DNA from: an uncultured Campylobacteraceae bacterium
Lineage (GTDB): Bacteria; Campylobacterota; Campylobacteria; Campylobacterales; JALSKU01
NCBI GenBank assembly: GCA_964556545.1
Contig: CAZKWE010000059.1
Coordinates: 24,481-88,480, forward strand
DNA length: 64,000 nt
Direction: 5' to 3'
The notes below the pieces were generated by a model that was given only the letters and a program-made list of their open reading frames with translations, was not told the origin of the DNA and did no database searches. A program made the translations under genes and the position numbers. Below are positions 40,009-47,592 of this stretch, piece after piece (position 1 is the stretch's first letter; the number at the start of each line of letters is the position of its first letter).

Positions 40009-40928
40009 AAATCCACCAAATATTTACAAAGCTTAGGTCCTATAAAATCAGTAATATTTTTCGGAAGTTTTTTCCATATATTTGAGGCAAAAGAGTATTT
40101 TGAATAGATATCTTTTTGTTCAGAGCTGATAGTTTCTATTTTTATGGGGTATGCTCCAAAGCGATGTTTAAATATATATCCTCCGCTATTATAAGGAGAT
40201 CTTCCAAAGTCAAAAATCTCAATATTTTTATACGAACAAAGATGTTTTATGATACTCCAATATGAAAAATGACCCAAAAGCTTATCTCTATAACTATCCA
40301 ATGCACCGCCCCAAGAGCCATATGCGATTTTTTCATCTAAAAAAACACAGTATGCTGAAATAATCTTTTCTTCATCATAACAATTATAAAATATGACTCT
40401 TTCTTGCAGTTTTTCGGTAAATAAAAAAAATAGCTTTTTATCTAATGCCGGAGTTCCGTGCTTTTTCATAACATAAGAGAAGATTTTATAAAAATCCTCT
40501 ATCATATTTTTATCTCTGCCGTATTTGAAGATAAAATTATTTTTTCTTATAGAATTTTTTATAATTTTTCTATATTTTGATTTCATATCCGATAAAATTT
40601 GTTCACTACTTTTATCTTTTATATCAAGTCTCATAGTTACAGTATCACCATCTTGTAGTTCATTTGAGTTAAAATCCAATACTCTGATTTGAAAATCTGT
40701 ATCTTTTGACAACTCTTTTAAATCTTCTATATTATTTATGTCTCTATCGGTATAGCTTAAAAGAGACAGATATCTAAGTGTTTTTTTTCCACTAACAAGT
40801 GAAGGTATTATCAAAAAATCCATATATTCGCCATAGTTGTAAAAATCTTTTAAAAGGTTTCTAAAATCTTTTATAAAATCTATTGAAAAAGTTATATTAT
40901 TTACATTTTTTTGCTCTGTTTTTTGCAT
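40005..40928 (-). CDS. FemAB/CelD-like GNAT-fold acyl(aminoacyl)transferase, copy 1
   Basis: 307 aa. C-terminal pattern ...AYGSWGGALDSYRDKLLGHFSYWSIIKH...IEIFDFGRSPYNSGGYIFKHRFGAYP... is typical of the FemAB / Acetyltransf_6 (CelD) families. Paralog of 42725-43606. Confidence 0.6.
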   Translation of the reverse strand: MQKTEQKNVNNITFSIDFIKDFRNLLKDFYNYGEYMDFLIIPSLVSGKKTLRYLSLLSYTDRDINNIEDLKELSKDTDFQIRVLDFNSNELQDGDTVTMRLDIKDKSSEQILSDMKSKYRKIIKNSIRKNNFIFKYGRDKNMIEDFYKIFSYVMKKHGTPALDKKLFFLFTEKLQERVIFYNCYDEEKIISAYCVFLDEKIAYGSWGGALDSYRDKLLGHFSYWSIIKHLCSYKNIEIFDFGRSPYNSGGYIFKHRFGAYPIKIETISSEQKDIYSKYSFASNIWKKLPKNITDFIGPKLCKYLVDL

Positions 40929-41223
40929 CTTCTCTCACAATTTTCGTAATTATTATGTTATTGTTATAGACTCTGACATACAAAATAATGCTTACCAGGC
41001 TGATCAAAGAGACTGTGATATATAGTATTAAGTCTTTTCCGGTGCCAATAGAGAAAAAGTGTGCAACTTTATCGGAGTATTGAGGGAAAAGTATAAAAAA
41101 GAATAAAATAAAATATCCAAAAATCACACTTAGTCTTTGAAGTATTTTAAGCTTGGAAGAGAAAGCAAAGATTATAAAAACGATAGATAGAATTAGAATT
41201 AGAAAAAATTTAATAAAAATCAT
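40897..41223 (-). CDS. DUF2304-like small membrane protein (GT2-associated)
   Basis: 108 aa with 3-4 TM segments. ...FFSIGTGKDLILYITVSLISL...ITKIVREDA resembles DUF2304, which usually follows DPM1-like GT2 genes. Confidence 0.5.
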   Translation of the reverse strand: MIFIKFFLILILSIVFIIFAFSSKLKILQRLSVIFGYFILFFFILFPQYSDKVAHFFSIGTGKDLILYITVSLISLVSIILYVRVYNNNIIITKIVREDAKNRAKKCK

Positions 41224-41905
41224 TTTGTCATATTTCCCACAAAAAAGTCTAAGATAATATTTATGCTATTCCATATAGATTGTCCCTTTTCAAGAGAGTA
41301 TTTACTATATTTTATGGTGCAAGGCATCTCGATATATCTCATATTAATTTTTTTATTATACCTATAATTTCAGATGCATACGACATTCTGTTTTACCTGA
41401 TTTCAAAATCCGGAAAATCTTTAATATTTATGACTCTAAATCCATTATGCGAATCACTTAGCCATATTCCGGTAGTAATCCAAGTAAAAATTCTTGAAAA
41501 CTTTAAAAGTATTTTTTTCTTTTTCGCCATATTTTCCGTTTTTCCAAGAAATCTCGAACCGAGTATAATATCGTAATTATCTTTGCTTAACTCTTTTATA
41601 AAAGTTTTTATATCTTCGGGGGAGTGCTGTCCGTCCGAATCAAAAGTAATGACATATTTGCATCCTATTTGTTTTGCAAATTCAATACCGGTTTGCAATG
41701 TGGCACCTTGACCGAGATTGACAGAGTGTTTTAAAAGGTATATATCCTCCAAACAAGCCTCTTTATAACTGTTATCGGTAGATTTATCATCAACAACTAT
41801 AATGGCGAAAGCAGGGTACATTTCTTTTAATTGTATAAGTATATTTCGTATAACTTTTTCTTCGTTATAAAGAGGAATAATTATAGCATTTTCATATTTA
41901 TTCAT
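41220..41905 (-). pseudogene. DPM1/GtrB-like family 2 glycosyltransferase, disrupted (in-frame TAA plus frameshift)
   Basis: The 170-aa ORF (IIIPLYNEE..., VVDDKSTD, FDSDGQH, SDSHNGFRV) ends at TAA 41393-41395. The same frame continues NRMSYASEIIGIIKKLI. The conserved C-terminus (MRYIEMPCTIKYSKYSLEKGQSIWNSINIILDFF...) is in another frame, which one extra base in the T7 run at 41348-41354 would restore. Its stop overlaps the DUF2304 ATG. Confidence 0.7.
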
Positions 41906-42110
41906 ATTGTGTATCGTTATTGCTATTTTGTAAAATTGGCATTTTATTCCTTTAAAGCCATTTTGTACTTTTATAGGTTTTTAATATGATATATTATACC
42001 TATTTTTCTTTAAAATCCAATTTGTGTTATAAGTTTTTAAACAATATAAGTAAATAATTATTTATCTAATGGTATCATAATGATTAAATAAAAAAGTAAA
42101 AAGATATTGT

Positions 42111-42689
42111 ATGTCGAAAAAAGAGTATAGAAAAGGTGAAAAAGTATTTGATTTTGTCTATCCGCTGATTTTTATAATATATCTATTTTTAAAAATTTTA
42201 CCGGATTTTTTCAGTAAATTTTTATGGGCAATTTTTAGAGAAATACCGGGATATTTAGGTATTGGATTGAGATATATCGTGTTAAAAAGATTATGCAAAG
42301 AGTGCGGTAAAAATATCGCTATCTTTCCCTCATCCTATTTTAAAATAGGTAAAAACTTAAAGATGGGAAGTCACATATCCATAAGAGAACATACATATAT
42401 TGATGGCGACAATCTTGAGATCGGAGATAATGTTATGATTTCTCATGGATCTTCCGTGATAACCGGATCTCATGTGTATAACAGGAAGATACCTATGAGG
42501 GACACACTTGAAGATAGACCCGTCAAGATAGGAAGCAATGTTTGGATTGGTGCAGGAGCAAGAATTATAGGGGAAACAAGTATTGGAAATGATGTTATTA
42601 TAGGTGCCAATAGTGTTGTAACGAAGCCTATTCCATCAAATGTTGTTGCAGTAGGAGTACCTGCTAAAATCATAAAAATACTCAAATAA
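42111..42689 (+). CDS. Hexapeptide-repeat (LbH) acetyltransferase with N-terminal membrane anchor
   Basis: 192 aa. Left-handed beta-helix repeats (IGDNVMISHGSSVITG..., IGSNVWIGAGARIIGETSIGNDVIIGANSVV) as in WcaF/WbbJ-type sugar O-acetyltransferases. Confidence 0.8.
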   Translation: MSKKEYRKGEKVFDFVYPLIFIIYLFLKILPDFFSKFLWAIFREIPGYLGIGLRYIVLKRLCKECGKNIAIFPSSYFKIGKNLKMGSHISIREHTYIDGDNLEIGDNVMISHGSSVITGSHVYNRKIPMRDTLEDRPVKIGSNVWIGAGARIIGETSIGNDVIIGANSVVTKPIPSNVVAVGVPAKIIKILK

Positions 42690-42724
42690 AATTTATTGTA
42701 TAGCATACAAAATAAAGGTCGATA

Positions 42725-43606
42725 ATGCAAAATAACCAAAGAGTTTATAGTAAAGATTTTGTAGAAAAATTTAAAAAGGCACTTGTTAAAACTTATCATT
42801 ATAAAGAGTATATGGATTTTTTAATTGTCCCTTCGCTGACTTTTTCAAAAATTTTATCATATATACCGGCATTGAGCTATACGGATAGAACAAGTGATGA
42901 TATTGATGACTTGATTGAGCTATCACATGGAAATAACTATCAAATTAAAACTTTAAATTTTAAATATAATGACTTCAAAGATAATGATCCGGTTACTATG
43001 AGGTTGAGTCTTAACAAAGAGATGGATCTGTTAAATTGCTATAAAAGTAGAACGAGAAATTATGTGAGAAAGTCTCTCAAAAACTCTTTTGAATTGAGAG
43101 AAAATATAGAAAATTTAGATGATTTTTATATCATCTTAAGAAAAACTTACAAAAAGCATGGTGCTCCTTTGATTTCAAAAAAATTATTTTTAAATCTTTT
43201 TTTTTATTTTCGTGAGGATTTGCATCTATTTACATTATATAAAGATAATCAAATTGCCGCCGCTATGTTTATACTAAAAGATAAAGAGCTTTCTTGGTAT
43301 GGTTGGGGTGGTGTAGATGAAAAATATGCTAAAGAGCGGGCCGGATACTGTATATATCATCTTGCGATAGAAAATATGCTTTTAAATCATAATATAAAAA
43401 TTTTTGATTTTGGAAGATCTCCTTACAATGGAGGTACATATAGATTTAAATCACATTTTGGAGCAAAACCTGTAAAGATAGATATATTTGAACCTATAGA
43501 AAAAGATATATATTCGACTTATAGCAGAGCCACAACATTATATAAAAAATTACCTTTTTGGATTTCAGATAGGATAGGTCCTGTTATCAGGAAGCATTTT
43601 CCTTAG
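42725..43606 (+). CDS. FemAB/CelD-like GNAT-fold acyl(aminoacyl)transferase, copy 2
   Basis: 293 aa, clearly paralogous to 40005-40928 (YKEYMDFLIVPSL.., ..LSWYGWGGVDEKYAKERAGYCIYH.., IKIFDFGRSPYNGGTYRFKSHFGAKP). Confidence 0.6.
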   Translation: MQNNQRVYSKDFVEKFKKALVKTYHYKEYMDFLIVPSLTFSKILSYIPALSYTDRTSDDIDDLIELSHGNNYQIKTLNFKYNDFKDNDPVTMRLSLNKEMDLLNCYKSRTRNYVRKSLKNSFELRENIENLDDFYIILRKTYKKHGAPLISKKLFLNLFFYFREDLHLFTLYKDNQIAAAMFILKDKELSWYGWGGVDEKYAKERAGYCIYHLAIENMLLNHNIKIFDFGRSPYNGGTYRFKSHFGAKPVKIDIFEPIEKDIYSTYSRATTLYKKLPFWISDRIGPVIRKHFP

Positions 43607-44480
43607 ATTTGTATTTGAGTGATAAAATTTTATAAAATATATGAAAAACTAAAATAAATAAAATAGTAAAACCTGTGTTATCCAAAAAAGACAATAAAAA
43701 AGCACTTTCTTTGTAAATACCGATTTTTGTTAGATAATATATAAAAACTCCTTCTCTGACTCCAATGCCGGATATTGATATTGGTATGATTGCTATCAAA
43801 GCACCCATTATTGAAACGGCACTAAGATAAAAAAAGTTTACCTCTATATTTAAAGATAGAGCCAAACAGTAATATTGTAGAAAATATGTTATATATGTTA
43901 TAAAATTTATTAAAAACAGTATGAAATCGGTTTTTATATCCACTTTTTTAAACTCATCTATCTTAAATCTTTTAAAAACATTAAGAAGTAATCTATTTCT
44001 AAAAACATATAGCAGTACTATAAAAACTATAAATACTATAAAATATAAATTAATAGGCAATTTAAGTATAAAGACAAAAGAAATTATACCAAGAAGTGCC
44101 ATAAAGTATAGATCTTGAAATCTATCATATATATAGGTTATGGTTCCTATCTTTTTGGAAACTCCGGATTTATCATATAAAAAAAGTATCTTGACGGAAT
44201 CCCCAATTCTTGAAGGTGTAACAAAGCCAAGATATTGTGATTCGATAGTTGCTCCAAAAACTTCAAAAAAGGGCGGATGTTCTCCATAATGATTTAAAAT
44301 ATACTTAAATCTTGCAACTTTCAATAATAAAAATATCGTATAAGAAGCTATGTAGAGTACAATATATTTTAGATCAATCGATTTTAATATTTCAAATAAT
44401 TTACCATATTTTAGAGTGGATAAAATATAAATAAGTACTATAATTCCTAAAATTCTTATATAAAAGAGTAATTTCTTCAT
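43587..44480 (-). CDS. UPF0104 / LPG_synthase_TM (MprF-flippase-like) membrane protein, copy 2
   Basis: 297 aa polytopic protein. ...GFVTPSRIGDSVKILFL...IYDRFQDLYFM... corresponds to the P-x-R-x-G-[ED] motif of copy 1. Last gene of the long minus-strand operon. Confidence 0.65.
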   Translation of the reverse strand: MKKLLFYIRILGIIVLIYILSTLKYGKLFEILKSIDLKYIVLYIASYTIFLLLKVARFKYILNHYGEHPPFFEVFGATIESQYLGFVTPSRIGDSVKILFLYDKSGVSKKIGTITYIYDRFQDLYFMALLGIISFVFILKLPINLYFIVFIVFIVLLYVFRNRLLLNVFKRFKIDEFKKVDIKTDFILFLINFITYITYFLQYYCLALSLNIEVNFFYLSAVSIMGALIAIIPISISGIGVREGVFIYYLTKIGIYKESAFLLSFLDNTGFTILFILVFHIFYKILSLKYKSKENAS

Positions 44481-45226
44481 AATTTGTTATTTTTAATTAA
44501 AAATTCGATTGAATTTGAATTTTGTATTATATTGCTAAGAGTTGAATACATATTTCCAAATCTGCTAAGATAAAATATTAAAACATAAAGTGCTATTTTA
44601 TTTTTATTGTAAAGTTTAAATACTTCTTTTATCGATAGAAAATCAAAAGGGTGAGCATATATGATATGTGGCGGTTTGCCTGTTAATTTTTGACCAAATA
44701 GATTTATCCATTTGATGCCTGAAGGAAACCTATCTCTTATAGTCGAAATAGATATATAGATAAGTTTTTTTGAATTTGCATATTGCATTGGAGCATATCT
44801 ATGTTTCATTTTGGATTGAGTTGTGCTTGCATCATATAAAAAATCAAGCTTTTCTAAAATATCATCTGTGTATTTACTTCTTTTAAATCCCGGAGTTCTA
44901 TATCCCAATACTTTCTTTTGTATTATATCTTCGAGTAATTTTTTTGAAGTATCTATTTGATAAAAAAGCTCATCTTCTGTTTTAATATCATAATCCAATG
45001 TATGATTGTGACCATGGGTGGCTATTTCGTGACCTTCTTTTTGAATCATTTGTATGTATTTTTTTGAGCGAGGTAGAGTTTCCGTAGATATAAAAAAAGT
45101 GCCTTTCGCTTTATATTTATCGAAAATTTCTAAAATCTTTTCAGTTGTATGTGTTATGGCATAATCACTCTTTAGTCTGCTTCCCCAATCATACTCAAAA
45201 TCGATTGTAATGCTCTTAGCAATCAC
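44477..45226 (-). CDS. CE4 (NodB-type) polysaccharide deacetylase, full length
   Basis: 249 aa. ITIDFEYDWG (D-x-E/D metal motif), ATHGHNH (His-His motif), and GYRTPGF. The N-terminus resembles the DVEDY-type deacetylase subfamily found in EPS loci. Confidence 0.75.
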   Translation of the reverse strand: MIAKSITIDFEYDWGSRLKSDYAITHTTEKILEIFDKYKAKGTFFISTETLPRSKKYIQMIQKEGHEIATHGHNHTLDYDIKTEDELFYQIDTSKKLLEDIIQKKVLGYRTPGFKRSKYTDDILEKLDFLYDASTTQSKMKHRYAPMQYANSKKLIYISISTIRDRFPSGIKWINLFGQKLTGKPPHIIYAHPFDFLSIKEVFKLYNKNKIALYVLIFYLSRFGNMYSTLSNIIQNSNSIEFLIKNNKL

Positions 45227-46091
45227 GATTTATAATCTCCATTCTTATGTTGTTTATCTGTTCGGCAAGAAGTGAAAATACAAACATTATGATAGCATTT
45301 GAATATAAAAAAATTGTTGTACTTGTTAAATTGACATAATAAAGATCATGTAAAAAAGAGAATGTTCCTAAAATTGCAAATACAAAGCTCAATGGAAGAA
45401 CTACTCTTAGTGGCTTAAACACCATACCGAGTTCCAATATCTTCAATATCGTTCTAAAACCGGTTTTAAAACTTACTTGACTTGCACCTCCGGCTCTTTT
45501 TTGTACATCTATGGGAATATAAATTAGATCATATTTGTTGGAAATATATGCTATGGTTATGGATGTCGTAAAGCTAAATCTTTCGGAACAGAGGTGCAAA
45601 TATTTACTTGCAGTTTTTTTGCTAAAAACTCTAAAACCTGAGTTAATATCCGGAATATCCTCTTTAAAGATAAAATTTGCTATTTTATGCAATAAAATTT
45701 TACCAAGAATTCTACTGGCTTTTGTTTGATATATTTTTCTTTCACCTATTACCATAGTTCCAAATCCGTCATATGCTTCAAGAAGCTTAGGTATGTCTTC
45801 CGGTTTATGTTGTCCGTCAGAATCCATTATAACTATCGTGTCATATTTTGCATTTTTTATACCTGTTTTCAATGCCCCACCATATCCTCTGTTTTTTTTA
45901 TGATGAATTACTCTTATGCCTTTAAAATTATTTAATATATTTCCGCTATTGTCTGTAGATTTGTCATCTATACAAATAATCTCATAATTGTACTTTTTGG
46001 AACTTAAATAGTTTTGCAATCTTTTTAAAGCTTCCTCTATACTATCTTCTTCATTGTAAACAGGGATAACTATTGAAAAGTTATTATGCAT
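45216..46091 (-). CDS. Family 2 glycosyltransferase with C-terminal TM helices (polyprenyl-phosphate sugar synthase type: ArnC/GtrB/DPM1-like)
   Basis: 291 aa. SIVIPVYNEE, CIDDKSTDNS, RGYGGALKTG, and MDSDGQH (DxD), plus two C-terminal hydrophobic helices. Confidence 0.85.
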   Translation of the reverse strand: MHNNFSIVIPVYNEEDSIEEALKRLQNYLSSKKYNYEIICIDDKSTDNSGNILNNFKGIRVIHHKKNRGYGGALKTGIKNAKYDTIVIMDSDGQHKPEDIPKLLEAYDGFGTMVIGERKIYQTKASRILGKILLHKIANFIFKEDIPDINSGFRVFSKKTASKYLHLCSERFSFTTSITIAYISNKYDLIYIPIDVQKRAGGASQVSFKTGFRTILKILELGMVFKPLRVVLPLSFVFAILGTFSFLHDLYYVNLTSTTIFLYSNAIIMFVFSLLAEQINNIRMEIINRDC

Positions 46092-47592
46092 GTTGCTCTC
46101 CTGTGGTAGCTTTTAATTTTTCAATTTTATTTTTGATGGATTTTTCAGTATCTAAAAAAACATTTACAATGACATCATTAAACATTTTATTTCTCGATTT
46201 TTCTATCTCTTTGATTGCTTCCTCATGTGTTCTTCCTTTTTTGTATGATCTGTCACTTGTAATTCCGGCATAAAATTCTCCAACCGATACAACTTGTGCC
46301 TCTATTGGGATTTGAGACTCTTTCAATCCAAAAGGATAGCCTTTTCCGTCAAATCTTTCATGGTGATATTTTATGATATCCGAGATCGGATAAATATGTG
46401 CGATAGGTTCAGTCATAATGCTCCCGACAAGAGGATGTTCTTTGATGAGATCCATCTCTTTTTCGCCAAATTGTTTGCTATTTAATGCGACAAGCAAATC
46501 CCCGATCATGCCTATATCATGTAAATATGCTCCAAGAGATATCGTATCGATCTCCTCTTCAGACAAAAAGAGTGATTTTGCAATTTCGACAGATACTATC
46601 TGAACTATTTTTGAGTGATTTTTATAATATTTATTTTCTAATTCAATAGCTTCATTTGTAAATTTCAATAAATCAATATAATTCCTTACCATTTCACTAT
46701 CTTTATCTATATTTTCCAAAAAAGCACCGGACATATCTAAAAATGATCCTATTTGAGTTATTGTATCATTTTTCAATGGTTTGTCACTAAAAAATTCAAG
46801 TTTATACGGAGTATTTCTTATATAAAAAATTTTCTGTTTTTGAGCTGATTTATCCGATAACTGTTCAAATATCAATTCATCATTTTTTGTTAATAATCTT
46901 GCTCCTTTGGCTTTTGTGAGTTTAACTATCAATGCTATAAAAAATTTGAAAAATTGATATTTATCCATTTGAAGCTTTATAAGAGATATGGAGGTTTCCT
47001 TACTGACATTTGATAGTGCTTGTGATCCTTTTGATTTTAGATTGAATATTAAATTTTCATAGTATCCGAGAATAATGCCGTAAAACCCTTCATATCTATC
47101 TCTTTTTATCTCTTTTCTTGCAAATAGAATGAGTAGAAATTTTTTATCATAGCTATTGAAAAAAGATATATTGTAATTTCCGCTTTTTGTAAAGTTTGAT
47201 ATATTTTTTTTTCCGATTCTCAATGGGGCGGCAAGAGCTTTTTCGTTTATGGTGTCTGATTCGATTAGTACATATGTTTCTCCTCTTAATTCATAAATGG
47301 CACCATAGTTTGCTTTTACCAATTTACAACTTTTAAGTAAAAAGTTTTCCACATCTTTTATATCTTTTTTACCGCTAAGATTTTTATAGTATTCATCAAA
47401 ATATTTTAATTCAAGTTTAAGTTGAAAATTTTTTCTAAAAATATTCATATTGATTATTATCAACAGAATTAAAAAAATAAAAAAAATCCACCAGTATTGA
47501 CCTAAAAAGTTGTTAAGTTGATCTAAATTTGAAAATATGATATTTGGCAAAATATAATTAAAATAATATCTGCTTTGTTCGAATATGTTCAT
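46084..47592 (-). CDS. TM + GAF-like + HD-GYP domain protein (c-di-GMP phosphodiesterase/receptor type)
   Basis: 502 aa. One N-terminal TM, GAF-like stretches (ANYGAIYELRGETYVLIES), and a C-terminal HD-GYP with intact HDIGM ... HHERFDGKGYPFG. Confidence 0.85.
   Translation of the reverse strand: MNIFEQSRYYFNYILPNIIFSNLDQLNNFLGQYWWIFFIFLILLIIINMNIFRKNFQLKLELKYFDEYYKNLSGKKDIKDVENFLLKSCKLVKANYGAIYELRGETYVLIESDTINEKALAAPLRIGKKNISNFTKSGNYNISFFNSYDKKFLLILFARKEIKRDRYEGFYGIILGYYENLIFNLKSKGSQALSNVSKETSISLIKLQMDKYQFFKFFIALIVKLTKAKGARLLTKNDELIFEQLSDKSAQKQKIFYIRNTPYKLEFFSDKPLKNDTITQIGSFLDMSGAFLENIDKDSEMVRNYIDLLKFTNEAIELENKYYKNHSKIVQIVSVEIAKSLFLSEEEIDTISLGAYLHDIGMIGDLLVALNSKQFGEKEMDLIKEHPLVGSIMTEPIAHIYPISDIIKYHHERFDGKGYPFGLKESQIPIEAQVVSVGEFYAGITSDRSYKKGRTHEEAIKEIEKSRNKMFNDVIVNVFLDTEKSIKNKIEKLKATTGEQHA

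Noticed and set aside
41280-41576. A 98-aa plus-strand ORF in the gap after the 170-aa GT2 ORF.
   Set aside because: The minus strand here encodes recognisable GT2 C-terminal sequence in two frames (the pseudogene), so the plus-strand ORF is an antisense artefact.
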